Origin: Octopus vulgaris
Taxonomy: Eukaryota
Assembly: GCA_951406725.2 (NCBI GenBank)
Contig: OX597824.1
Coordinates: 85,374,001 to 85,438,000 of the forward strand
Length of the DNA stretch: 64,000 nucleotides
Reading direction: 5' to 3'
Below the pieces are notes generated by a model. That model saw nothing but the letters and a program-made list of their open reading frames with translations. It did no database searches and was not told the DNA's origin. The translations under genes were made by a program, and so were the position numbers. This document shows, piece after piece, positions 27,462 through 40,943 of the stretch (the first letter of the stretch is position 1; each line of letters opens with the position of its first letter).

Positions 27462-27728
27462 ACATAGAGTTCTGCAAATGTTTTAGATTACTTACTAATA
27501 TGCTATGTTAGCAATTAATGTGTGCTTTACACACGATCTGTGGCGACTTCTCTAGAGCAAGACAAGTTCCAGATGAGTAACAGTTACGACGCAGTTACAT
27601 CACTGGCTGGAAAGCGTTTTACGTTACTAGCAAAACTAATAACCCATGAAAACACATATTAAACCATATCTGCCATATTATTTTGTCCGAAGCTTTTATG
27701 TCTCAAAGCCAATATTTACTCTGAGTTA

Positions 27729-27940
27729 GGGCCGCGAATTGGCAGAATCGTTAGTACTCTGGAAAAATGCTTAGCGGCATTTCGTTCGTGTTTACGTTCT
27801 GAGTTCAAATTCCGCCGAGGTCGACTTTGCCTTTCATCCTTTCGATGTCGATAAATTAAGTACCAACAAAGCAGTGGGGTCGATATAATTGATTAGCCTC
27901 CTCTCCCGAAATTTCTGACTTTGGGCCAAAATTCGAAACC
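27729..27940 (+). mobile_element. SINE-A2, full length
   Basis: 16-bp TSD aatatttactctgagt at 27711-27726 and 27941-27956. Confidence 0.85.
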
Positions 27941-28014
27941 AATATTTACTCTGAGTAATTTTAAAAATTTTCTGTTTATTTGTTAATCAAAATGAAGTGG
28001 TGAGTGCCTATGAC

Positions 28015-28268
28015 TAGTGGTTCTTAACCACTTTTACCTACGGCCACTTTGATTCCTGTTTTACTCGGGTGGACCCTCTAGACCATTCGATGTTTTAAAA
28101 AATCCTATTATATTTTTATGATTAAATATTATTAGGAATTGTATATAAATAATCATTAAAACAATTTGTGTATTGTAGAAGTATGACCAATTTATTGGAG
28201 ATAAATTTTTACATCAAAATCTTATCTGGACTTTCACTGTCCATACGGACCCTGGTTGGAAACCATTA
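28015..28268. mobile_element. hAT-like MITE
   Basis: Imperfect TIRs tagtggttcttaacca and tggttggaaaccatta, typical of hAT cagtggtt ends. The TSD is degenerate. Confidence 0.5.
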
Positions 28269-28380
28269 GCCTACAACCCTTGCAAACCCTAATTACTGGT
28301 GAGGTTGAAGAGGCTGATCATCAGTAAGTCAATGTCTACAGGAAAAACATAGGCTCAACTACCTGTAACAGACTGAACTT

Positions 28381-28795
28381 GGATCTTTTCGGTTTGAACT
28401 GCAGTTTTTTCTAGCGGTGTCATATGAAATTGTCACCCATAATCATGAATCTAGAATCGATCTATTGCATTTCAATCTCTTTTAGGGTTAGGGTTAGCGG
28501 TGGGGGAAGGGTATCTTTTTTTCTTCACAAATGTAAATAAACCCAATGTGTTTCTTAAACGAGGGACATATTCATACGGCACAGAATGCTTTTTAACTCA
28601 ATAGACGTCACTGATTGGTTGGAATTGCAGAAATTGAAGAAAAAACAACAAATATCTTATAAACTATAGAATTTTTTCAATAAAGCCAAGAGAAAAAGAT
28701 GTTTTATAAACACAGTTTACCAGAATACGAAGTTTAAATTTTTTTTAGTTACCTAGAAATTATGTTAAAAACTGCCGTTCAAACCGAAAAGATCC
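28381..28795. mobile_element. MITE with GG termini, 8-bp TSD and internal telomeric repeats
   Basis: TIRs ggatcttttcggtttgaac and gttcaaaccgaaaagatcc; TSD ctgaact(t/c); ttagggttagggttag at about 28482. Confidence 0.85.
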
Positions 28796-28999
28796 CTGAA
28801 CTCAGTTAAAGGCAACCAAAGACTGCATGGTGCTGCAGATTAGTTGTGGTGAGATTTAGTTAGTTTTAGCAGGTCAGGACTACGTAGGGGTTTAGAAACT
28901 ATTTCCCTTTACAAATCAAGTTTTAAAAGCTACCTCCCTTTACAAATGATCATTGAAAGTCATGAACATCAGCATTTCTAAGTACAATTCACCAAACTA

Positions 29000-29235
29000 T
29001 TGGGTTGTCCGGAAAGTTCGTGTCGATTTTTAAAGGAAAGAAAAAGGTCAATAAATACTTGCCATTACATTTTTAATCAACCAAATATGAACCTTTTTGT
29101 TGCACAATGCGTATCCATCTTTCCTATTTTATGGACTCAACCATGTCAAATCCTATTTTATGGACTCAACCATGTTCTAAAATAAGTCGAAAGGTGGGCT
29201 ACTATAAATCGGCATGAACTTTACGGACGACCCAA
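29000..29235. mobile_element. Tc1/mariner-type MITE
   Basis: TA flanks on both sides; about 30-bp TIRs ttgggttgtccggaaagttcgtgtcgattt and aaatcggcatgaactttacggacgacccaa. Confidence 0.8.
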
Positions 29236-29787
29236 TAGATAGTTTCTATGATGTATAAACGAAGCACTTTTCACTGAGACATTCACTGTCTTTAAAATAA
29301 CAATAAATGACATTTGGTGAAGAAATATGGCGATGAATTAGGTTGTTATATCACGAGTTCAATCCTGATAGAGCAGACATGTGATATGAAAATGGTGGGC
29401 CAATGGAAAAAACTGCGGACGAACATGATACAGCATTTAAATAAAATAAAATTTGTAAAATACTATAGGCTTCTAAGTCGTGGCTTTCAAGCAATTGGCT
29501 CTTCTTTGAAGAATGTGAACATAATAAATCTAGGAACTTTTAAGCTGTGAATGATTTTTTTAAAGATGTTATTAATCTTTACTCTTCCCCTCAATACTCT
29601 GATAAACAAAATATTACCACCAACGATTGACAGGTGAAATAAACATCGGAGTTGCTTTAACTCCATGCAGAAATTGCAGGAGCTTTTCAGAGGTATTGCA
29701 AGCTCTCCTCATCCACATACCAGCACTCCACTCGGATTACCACTGGAACTGCTGACTCTACTTTCACGGATTTCACTGATTTTTTTC

Positions 29788-29864
<77 letters not shown>

Positions 29865-30269
29865 CGTAAGAAAACATATAAGGGTGAGTATTAAGCAATA
29901 TCCTGATCAAAAACACCAGCAACGGAATCAACATGGGCCTAACCCGTCGCATGGTTTACCACTACAAGCTGGCCCTTGGATGTTTTTAGCGAAGTTCCTA
30001 CCTGTTTCGAACGTTCGGTCTAGGTTTCTAATCTGAGGATTCCTAACCCTAGGAATTGTTTTTTATTCTTTTTTTGCACTCACTAATCTCGAAGGTCATG
30101 TCGCCAAGTCATGAGCGCTGCTCTTCCTGCGCAGATTAAGAAATAAAACCAGTAACAAAATCGAACCGACAAAACTCATTCAATCTACAGTTCAATCGTT
30201 CAGTAATTATCCACTCTTTATAGAACAACAACAAAACACCATGATCAGTAACATCGATAATATCGATTT

Positions 30270-30770
30270 CTTCACATTGGCCAAGGCCATACATTTGTGT
30301 TTTGTTTGTGTCGGGTCGGGAGCATTATACTCAGTTACATCGATTCCAGTACTTTTCTGGGATTTTATTTAATTGATCCTGGTTAGGTGAAGGGCAAAGT
30401 CGACATCGTTAGGATATGAACTCAAGAACTTAGAGCAAATAGGGAGATATTGGGTTTCAAATTTTGGCACAAGGCTAGGAATTTCGGGGAACGGGGATAG
30501 GCGATTACATCGACTTCAATGATCAACTGCTACTTATTTTATCGACGCCCAAGGATGAAAGGTAAAGTTGACCTTGGCTGAAGTTGAACTCAGAACGTAA
30601 AGACAGACGAATTGCTGCTAAGCATTTTGCCCGACGTGCTAACGATTCTGCCAGCTCTCCGCCTAACAAACAGGGAAATATTGTTTCAAATTTTGCCACA
30701 AGGCCAGCAATTTCTGGGGAGGGGTAGTCGATTACACAAACCTGTGATCAACTGGTACTTATTTTATCGA
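30270..30770 (-). mobile_element. Cluster of three SINE-A2 copies or fragments
   Basis: Repeated ggtttcaaattttggcacaagg and caactggtacttattttatcga motifs. Confidence 0.7.
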
Positions 30771-31044
30771 TCTGTCTGTGTTTGTCCCACCACTACCACC
30801 ACCTCTTGACAACCGGTGCTAGTGTATTTGCATCCTTGAAGCCTAGCGGTTCGACAAAGGACGCCGATAGAATAAGTACCAGGCTTAAAAAATAAGCGCT
30901 AGGATCGATTCATTCTTATCTCGACCATCGACATCATCATCGCTGTCTCTAAACAGCAACGCCACCATAGGCTACGTGGAAACAATGTGTTTTCAAGAGA
31001 GATAATCAAAGAACGTAACATTGTAATACTTCGTGTAAAGTAAA

Positions 31045-31250
31045 TATAACAAAGGAAAAATCCTTTAAGAATCCATAAAAATTACTGGATCACTACCAAA
31101 ATTTAATCATCTGTTCCTTGTGTCATTATCAACTTTTCCTGCAAGTTTCATCAAATACCGTTCACAACTTTTTGAGTTATTTTGCACAAAGGCAGACAGA
31201 TGGACAAACCAACACCATTGAAAACATAACCTCCTTCCTTGGCGGAGGTA
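31045..31250. mobile_element. Non-autonomous Crypton-V-like DNA element end
   Basis: caaaatttaatcatctgttcc...aagtttcatcaaa...gagttat...aaaacataacctcc..cttggcggaggtaa resembles the terminus of these elements as I recall it. Confidence 0.5.
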
Positions 31251-31349
31251 AACAAAACTCCCCAGAACATAACAGAGACTGGTTTATCATGTCTAAGATG
31301 GCTTTGATCATAGATCTGCTCAATTATGGATGACCTTGGGCTAAACAAC

Positions 31350-31640
31350 AATAGCAACCATAACAGGTCTGATCAACAACAATGAATCCACGAAAACAAT
31401 GGTGACAACAACAACATAACAGGTCCGATCAAGGGTTCACAACAACAACTTTTCTTTAACAACAGCCAGAAAACGAAAGCAAAAGTTCTGTCAACATTTC
31501 TGATCAAGGCAACAACAATAATACGTTTGATCACGGCTACACAACAACAATAGCAACAACAACAACTATAACAGTCTTGATCAAGGCCTCACAGCAACAA
31601 CGATTCAGCAAAACGAATAACAACGGCAACAACATCCATA
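31350..31640 (+). repeat. Degenerate minisatellite of gatcaagg..caacaac units
   Basis: About five tgatcaa(gg)-type units interspersed with (AAC)n, directly after a family-E tail. Confidence 0.55.
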
Positions 31641-32641
31641 TCATCATCTACAACAAGCTTTAGCATCTAGTAATTGCTCTCTCTCTCTCTTTCTCTCTCT
31701 CTATCTCTCTCTCTCTCTCTGTCTTTCTCCTTCTCTCACTTCTTTTTCTCAATTAACACAATACTATAAATTAGTTCGGAACACTGTTCCTTCGTTTCTG
31801 CTTTGTGTTGCTTCATTTGATTGGTTCATGATCGGACCTGTACCGTTATTATCACCGCCACCACATCTTCATCATTATTATCACCATCACCATCACCATC
31901 ACCATCACCATTATCCTAGCCATCGTCGTCGGCATCACCACCATTGTCATCATCGTCAATATCATCATTACCATCTTCATCATGATCTTGATCATCCTCC
32001 TCATCATCATCATCACCATCCCCACCAGTAGCAGCAATAATACCAATAAAACTACAAGACGGAAAGTAACTTGCATAATAGTAGGTGTTTTACATATAAC
32101 CCCAGGTCAATCCTGATCAAGCCGATCTATGACCAAACGCATTTTAGCCATGATCATCCCAGATAGTTTATTCCCCTCCATTGCGTACGGAGACTACATT
32201 AATCTAATGACAATTTTCTTTCTCTCCACTATCAAAGTAGTGTGATTTGAAGAAGATTTTAGAAAGATTGTAGAAAGCATATATGCACAAACACACACAC
32301 ACATACATAAACACACACACACACAAATATATATATTTATATTGAATAATCATCATTTTCCACCTTCATTTTTACATAATCGTTTGTAGCCCTCCAGACA
32401 TCTTGTTGACTCTCTTTGTAGCAGGTTTTATTAGAATGCTCTGGTTGGTACTAGCGACAAATGAACGAAACAATTGTTCTTTGTATTATTACTTACGGGC
32501 AGTAATACTATGACGTTAATGCTGAAAAGAAACGGTTAAAAAAAATAATACTTCAACACTCACCCATCTTTGTCAATTTCTTCCTTAATCGGACAAATTT
32601 TGGTGCTGAAAATACAACAGCAACAGCAAGTGATTGTACTT

Positions 32642-32643
<2 letters not shown>

Positions 32644-32720
<77 letters not shown>

Positions 32721-32880
32721 CAGCAGCAGCAGCAACAGCAGTAGTAGCGGCAGCAATAGTAGCAGCAGCAGCAGAAGAAGAGGAAGTAGTGGAAAAAGAA
32801 GAGGAAAAAGAGGAAGAAGAGGAAGAAGGGGAAGAAAGGGAAGAAGAAAAAGAAGGAGGAGGTGGAGAAGGAGAAAAAAG
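32644..32880. repeat. (GTA)n/(GCA)n/(GAA)n low-complexity tract
   Basis: Seen directly; it explains the 166-aa ORF. Confidence 0.9.
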
Positions 32881-33303
32881 AATTTACGTGCGAGGTTTTA
32901 GGAATTGCGAAGCTAGTAGGGTTCGGAGCGATGGTAACGGTCTAGTCCGGGCGATGCTTTTGTTGGGGTGCAGCACTTTTGGGTCTGCTGTAGAAGCGTG
33001 TAGAAGGAGCGATGGACGGGATGGGGTGACAAGCTCAAGAGAAGCTCCGGGCGGCACATATTTTTGCTAAGCTACTGGGTCTTACAACACCATCTCCTTC
33101 AATTCTTTTCTGGTCTTGGGTGTAAGTTTAATAAAGTTTTAAATAAGTAAACTTGGAGTTAATACCGATTTTAACGAGGCCAGTATTTCCCAGCTACTAA
33201 GACCGGACAACAGCATGAACACGCTGGGGGTAGTCTTAATTGACTAACTCACCTCGATTTTTGCTGGGTTTGTACTTAAATCAGAAGCCATCATTATTAC
33301 TAA

Positions 33304-34050
33304 GGCGGCGAGCTGTCGTAATTAGCACGCCAGACAAAATGCTTAACAGCATTTCATCAGGCTTCACGTTCTGAGTTCAAATGTCGTCGAAGCCGACTTT
33401 ATCTTTCATCCTTTCCGTGTCACTAAAAGAGGTACTAGTTGAGCATTGGGGTCAATGTAATTGACTAGACTCCCTCCCCCACAATTCCAGGCCTTGTAAA
33501 GAGGATTATAACAGGAGACGCCGCACAGTATCAAATATTGTGATGTAGATTGCAGATATTGTGTACTAGGGGTTTGTACTATCTGTCGAGTCACAACAAG
33601 GACCTCAAATAGACAGTACTTTACGCAGTATGCGAGCAGTTCTAAGTAAAGCCGACTTTTGCAATACACCATAAATATAGAGTGTTTCTAAAATGTCCAA
33701 ATGTTTCTTCAGGTTGGGGTCACCTTTGCCTTTCGTCCTTGTGGGGTAGATAAAATAAGTACCTGTCGAACACAGGGGTCAATGTAATCGACTAGTCCCC
33801 TCCCCACAAACTGATGCCCTTGTGACACAAATTGAAACCATTCTTATTTCTTAAGGAGGCAACGAGCTGGCAGAAACGTTAGCACGCCGGATGAAATGTT
33901 TAGCGGTATTTCGTCTGCCGCTGCGTTCTGAGTTCAAATTCTGCCGAGGTCGACTTTGCTTTCATTCTTTCGGTGTAGATAAATCAAGTACCAATGAAAT
34001 ACTGGTGTTGAGGTAATCGACTCATCTCCTCCCTCTTGTAGAAAAATTTA
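33304..34050 (+). mobile_element. Three SINE-A2 copies (33304-33510, about 33700-33840, 33856-34050)
   Basis: A-family heads and bodies with A2 tails. Confidence 0.75.
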
Positions 34051-34085
34051 AAACTATTATTATTATTATTATTATTACTATTATT

Positions 34086-34328
34086 GAGTGAGAGAGCAGC
34101 GCATGCCATCAAAGTGACACTGGGATACAAATATACGAAGCCCATCATGGCAGCCCGTCTGATAAGTGTACACAAGGTACATGCATTACAACCATATGTG
34201 CGCGACACGGTGATCTCATTAAGATAAATAGCGCATGACCTTGCATGTGGGGCCAAGTTAGAATTTTCTTCAAGTCGAGTAGCTCATCCCGCTCAAAAGG
34301 TCCTTGAAAAAGGTCTGTTTAAGGATGA
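34086..34328 (-). mobile_element. 3' part of the (TAA)n-targeting retroposon
   Basis: gagtgagagagcagcgcatgccatcaaagtgacactggg, adjacent to (ATT)n. Confidence 0.75.
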
Positions 34329-34659
34329 GGTCCTCCTGTATCAGGAGGTCTGCCTCATCCATCTTTGAATTTATATACCATGTACTCTTTTTATATCACC
34401 TTCTCACCCATTTTCATCCCAATATAGGTAAACCCTACACACTGTCTGTAACCCGTTCTTTTTACAGACACCCTTGCAGCAGATAAAAGAAACGATCATC
34501 ATCTTCATCTCATCATCACAATCTCACCAGTAGTAGTAGTAGTAGTAGCAGCACATTAAAGCAGAAAAGTAAACATTTGAAAATATTTCAACACTTACTC
34601 ATCCTCTCCTGTTTCTTCACTAACCGGGCAAAGTGTAGAGCTGAAAAATATAAAATTGA

Positions 34660-34725
<66 letters not shown>

Positions 34726-34737
34726 ATAATAATAATG

Positions 34738-34829
<92 letters not shown>

Positions 34830-34838
34830 CAATAATAA
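34660..34838. repeat. (ATT)n followed by (AAT)n, an inverted microsatellite
   Basis: Seen directly. Confidence 0.95.
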
Positions 34839-35114
34839 TGATGCAGAGTAGTATACTTTTCTGATATAGATAAATATTTTTATGGGTAAAATGTGTTGAC
34901 AGCTGATATCAAAGCTTTTAAAGATTTTCCTCTATAAATTTCCTGAAGAAGAGGTGCTAACCCTGAAATATTGAAGTACCAAGTAATAGTACTAACCATC
35001 GACCTGTATCATTAGATTTTTATAACTTGTATGATTTGGTTTAAAAAAAGTTTTATTTTAACATTGATGATAATAATAAGACGAATAATGATAAAAAGAA
35101 TAAAAATAAGAATA

Positions 35115-35296
35115 CAGTAATGCCTCGCTATATGGCGGTTTTATTATTTAAGCTTACGGCGATTCCTCCGTGGCGTTGTTTTGGATTATTATACAAATTA
35201 TAAGAATAAAAAAAATATATACAGTACAGTAGTGTTTCTACTTCGCGGATTTTGATCTATCGCGGAGTAATACCCGCGATAATCGAAAGATTACTA
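35115..35296. mobile_element. pogo/Tigger-like MITE
   Basis: Ends ta|cagtaatgcctcgcta and aatcgaaagattacta|ta. Confidence 0.5.
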
Positions 35297-35412
35297 TAAT
35301 CCTTTTCAAAATACTCGTCATAATACACAAAAGTGCACACAACACTATCATTGTAATTATAAATTACACACAGAGACACAGGCTCATACACACACACATA
35401 CACACATGCATG

Positions 35413-35443
<31 letters not shown>

Positions 35444-35858
35444 ACATGCATGCACACACACACTAAATGTAAAAGATATATTCCTCATTAGTTTCCAAGT
35501 ACACGAGGAGTAATATATCATTGATAAGGTTACAAGCTGAGATGAAAGAATTTTGTAGTCGACATTCTTATGCACAGATTTGTCAAAATCTTTTCGTTAT
35601 ACATTTGTAACTTTTCAATGCGTTGTCTATGTATTGTTTCTTTTTTTTGCTGTTGTACTCTGGTCTTTGTACAATGGATATAACACAATGAATTGCGGAA
35701 AAGAATATGAAATATATTAAAAACATATAGGAAGACACATTAATAAAATGGTATAGATAAAATAGACAGCATTAACGCATCTCGTCAGACAGGCAATAGT
35801 GATAAATATATATCTGTAAATACATGTATAAAAGTATGTGTGTATTTGTATGCATACA

Positions 35859-35894
<36 letters not shown>

Positions 35895-35987
35895 TTCATA
35901 CATACGTATATACGCATATGCATACATGTATATTAATATATATATATAAATAGATATATATACACACACATGGATACATATATGAAC

Positions 35988-36038
<51 letters not shown>

Positions 36039-36119
36039 CATAAATATACATGTGTATACATATATATGTATATGTATGTATATATTCTAGCATAATGACT
36101 CTCCCTAGATGCAATACAC

Positions 36120-36177
<58 letters not shown>

Positions 36178-36179
36178 GT

Positions 36180-36630
36180 ATAACATAAAAATGGAACAAG
36201 AACGCAAAACATCCAGACAGACGATACAAAGAAAACAAGGACGGGTCATTCGGAGTTTTCTATCCTCAGTTGAGTTCCATATTATCTTTGCAATTTCGGC
36301 TGGTTATACTCGAGATTGATCCAATAAGGCCAGCCCTAAGGAAAAGCTAAACTAAGAGCATTAGATTCCTTGGCAGAAAGCAGCGAATATATACGAAAAC
36401 AAGGACAGAAAAAAAAAACTGAGGAATGTTACACAGATTCAAATGCAATTAACATGATATAACAACAGGTGTCTTTCGACTAAGGACGAATTAAATTACA
36501 CTGGTGTGTGTTGAAGTACAGCCTTACGGCAGGGACATAAGATTTGGCAGGCACGTGAAGGAATATAGATATTGCACGGATGGTAGTCGAACCAAGAAAA
36601 AAGGTCAGTCTTTGTGGGGAGAGAAGAGAG
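36180..36630. mobile_element. Microsatellite-anchored repeat, probable Penelope-like terminus
   Basis: About 450 bp, colinear in inverted orientation with 55500-55940. Both copies end at the same position next to microsatellites. Confidence 0.6.
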
Positions 36631-37246
36631 AGAGAGGTAGAAGCACAGGGATAGAAGAATTAAGGAGGGGCAAGAAAAAATATAAGAGACACAGTGACGT
36701 GAAAGAGTAGGGAAAGTGAGCATGAAGAGAAGGCCAGGAAATGTGAGAGAGGGGCAACGAAAGAAGGAAGAGTGGAATGAACGAAGTGTGAACGAATGAA
36801 AGAATAGAAAGAATAATACAAAATTTAGATATATATAATATACTTACATATAAGAAACGAAAGTGTACGTACGCCGCTATATTTTATATATATTTATATG
36901 TATGTACGTATATACATATATTAACGATATATTCGAGATTAATACACAAAATAAAAAAGATAGTTATAAAGTAATAATAAAGTAGGATGATAATATCAAT
37001 AACTAAATGAAAACACCGAATATCACGAAAGAAATAAAAGAAAGCCAATGACACTGGTTACCTACACCCACGACCATTGCAATTTATCTGCAACCACCTA
37101 AATTAAATCCAAAGCAGCTGTCTGATCAATAAAAATGATAAAAATATAGACGAAGTTAAAACTAGACATTCATACATATACATACGTACGTACGTACATA
37201 CATACATACGTACATACATACATACATACGTACATACATACATACA

Positions 37247-37279
<33 letters not shown>

Positions 37280-37344
37280 GCACACACCTGCATATATGTA
37301 TACATACATATACATACATATATGTTTATATACATACATACATA

Positions 37345-37577
37345 AGGCGGCGAGCTGGCAGACACGTTTAGCGCGCCGGGCGAAGTGCTTAGCGGTATTT
37401 CTTCTGACGTTACGTTCTGAGTTCAAATTCCGCCGAGGTCAACTTTGCCTTTCATCCTTTCGGGGTCGATAAATAAAGTACCAGTTTCGCACTGTGGTCG
37501 ATATAATCGACTCAATCCCTTCGTCTGTCCTTGTTTGTCCCCTCTATGTTTAGCCCCTTCTGGGCAGTAAAGAAATA
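37345..37577 (+). mobile_element. SINE-A1
   Basis: Full-length copy within (CATA)n. Confidence 0.9.
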
Positions 37578-38049
37578 TATACATACATATATATATATAT
37601 ATTTATGCATACATACTGTATATATGTATATTGTACACACACACGCACACACACACACATACACACACACAGTATACACAAATACAATATGTGTGTGTGT
37701 GTGTAAACCAGAACAACATGTTGGGTGGCCAAATTGTTTGCGACTAAACTGACAATCTCACAGCTTATTTGATGAGCGGAATGCTTCTCGATACACAGCA
37801 GAATGTAAGACAAGACTTATGACAGGTCGGATGAATGCAGAGGCATGTTAAATATGTGCGTGTGTTTCAGACTCATATTCAATTGAAACGAAGCAAGGAA
37901 GGAATAAGTAACCCTCATCTCCTCAGCTTCGAATTTGGCGGCATGAGACCAGTAGGGGCAAGTGGTGTAGGTAAAAAGCATACCACGATGGTTGACTAGA
38001 AGACGTATGATAATTTATGGCCTGTGCACACAGCAGATAAGATGGTATT

Positions 38050-38217
38050 TATCGTTCTGAGTTCAAATTCCGCCGAGGTCGACTTTGCCATTCATCCTTT
38101 CGGGGTCGATTAAATAAGTACCAGTTACGCACTGGTGTCGATATAATCGACTTAATCCGTTGGTCTGTCCTTGTTTGTCCCCTGTGTGTTTAGCCCCTTG
38201 TGGGTAGTAAAGAAATA
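38050..38217 (+). mobile_element. 5'-truncated SINE-A1
   Basis: Flanked by ggtatt on both sides. Confidence 0.8.
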
Positions 38218-38622
38218 GGTATTGAGAGGACGTGTGACCCCTTCAACCACTTTGGAAATCTCCTGTTTCCATTTTTATATAGTCTTTGTTCATTCGACTT
38301 TATCCCATCAAGGGGCATATGGTGTGAGAATGAATGAGTTCGATGTACGAACAGCTATTTCTCACTTAAAATCAAACTTTTCACTCGTCTAGCATTTGTG
38401 TGTAGTGAGTATGACAGTGTAGTACACGACTGAGAAACCGCCGAGGGTCAAACAGTCTCATTGAAACAGTATGGTGTCCCATACATATGCAACGTTACAT
38501 CGTTCTTCATGCATACATGTATGTAATATATGTATGTAAATATATGTGCACATATAAACATATATGTATACATATGCACATATAAATATATACACACACA
38601 GATATATGTATGTATGTATGTA

Positions 38623-39020
38623 GGCGCAGGAGTGGCTGTGTGGTAAGTAGCTTGTTTACCAACCACATGGTTCCGGGTTCAGTCCCACTGCGTGGCACCT
38701 TGGGAAAGTGTCTTCTTCTATAGCCTCGTGCCGACCAAAGCCTTGTGAGTGGATTTGGTAGACGGAAACTGAAAGAAGCCCGTCGTATATATGTATATAT
38801 ATGTATGTGCGTGTATGTTTGTGTGTCTGTGTTTGTCCCCTTAGCATTGCTTGACAACCGATGCTGGTGTGTTTATGTCCCCGTTACTTAGCGGTTCGGC
38901 AAAAGAGACCGATAGAATAAGTACTGGGCTTACAAAGAATAAGTCCCGGGTCGAGTTGCTCGATTAAAGGCGGTGCACCAGCATGGCCGCAATCAAAATG
39001 ACTGAAACAAGTAAAAAGAG
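38623..39020 (+). mobile_element. SINE family B, full length
   Basis: Runs from ggcgcaggagtggctgtg to gaaacaagtaaaaagag. Confidence 0.9.
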
Positions 39021-39200
39021 AAAAAGAGAGAGATATGCACCGATATAGATAAATGTGCCGTAACATAACAAACAGACTATTTGTAGAACATTTCATGGCA
39101 GGTTACAATAAAAACCCAGCCACAGACACTAAGCAGTCTCATTATATATATCACAGGTAATAAATGAATTCGGCAGATTTCCATATATGGTTTGCTTCAT

Positions 39201-39271
<71 letters not shown>

Positions 39272-39529
39272 CATACATACATACATACATACATACATAC
39301 ATACATAAATACATACATACATATACACATATACATACACACACACAGATATATGTATGTATAGATACATACGTATGTATGTATTTATGCATGTGTGTGA
39401 GTGTTTGCATACTATTTACTCGAGTTGTATATATGTACCTGAGCAACGCAAATTCAGAGAAAAAAATATTGAAAAAACGAATACAATGTAAATATATATA
39501 TATATATATGTTGTGTGTGTGTGTGTGTG

Positions 39530-39605
<76 letters not shown>

Positions 39606-39774
39606 TGTGTGTGTGTATGTGTGTGTACAACGAGTGACAGGCTTCTTTTAGCTACCGTCAACGAAATCCACCCTCCAGGCTTTGGTCGGTCCGGGAATAA
39701 ATTCGAAGACAAGGTGTCACGAAGGAAAACCCGGAACCATACTGTTCAGAAACCACACACACATAAACAGGTAA

Positions 39775-40142
<368 letters not shown>

Positions 40143-40494
40143 CACATGCATACATATATTTATGTAAGTGGTGGCTAAACATAATTAATGTAATAAATAA
40201 ATCAATGGAAATTACATCCACGCGCTGGGGAATATTTTCCAATCTCAGCAGATGTGTACGATTAAGTAAGAGCCAACGTATTTAATGCAATGAAGCAAAA
40301 TATTTTTTAATTAAAATTTCACTCTAGTAAACAAATTGAGACAAATAATAATAATAGTCATAAGCGTCAATGATTAATTCCTATCCAGCAAAATATAAGA
40401 AACAATAGCGAAATCTAAGATCTGACTATTCAGTTTCTACATGTTTATATATACAGTAATCGCTCGACACACACATTTATATATATATATATAT

Positions 40495-40655
40495 ACGACG
40501 GGTTTCTTTCAGTTTCCGTCTACCAAAACCACTCACAAGGCTTTGGTCTGCTGGAGGCTATGGTAGAAGACTATTGAGCAAAGTGCCATGGAGTGGGACT
40601 TTGAACCCGGAACCATGTTGTTGCGAAGCAAGCTTCTTACCGCACAGCCACGCCT
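40495..40655 (-). mobile_element. SINE family B, 5' half
   Basis: ctttcagtttccgtctacc...gaacccggaaccatg. Confidence 0.8.
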
Positions 40656-40710
40656 ATCGAAGATACACTGCAATTTATGCTGTTGAATTAGTTTGATACA
40701 AAGACATACC

Positions 40711-40943
40711 TATTTCTTTATTACCCACAAGGGGCTAAACACAGAGAGGACAAACAAGAACAGACAAAGGGATTAAGTCGATTACATCGACCCCAGTGCG
40801 TAACTGGTACTTATTTAATCGACCCCGAAAGGATGAAAGGCAAAGTCAACCTCGGCGGAATTTGAACTCAGAACGTAACGGCAGACGAAATACCGCTAAG
40901 CATTTCGCCCGGCGTGTTAACGTTTCTGCCAGCTCGACGCCTT
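40711..40943 (-). mobile_element. SINE-A1
   Basis: Full-length reverse copy. Confidence 0.9.

Noticed and set aside
32570-33070. 166-aa polyV/A/E ORF
   Set aside because: It comes from trinucleotide repeats and has no domain or splice support.
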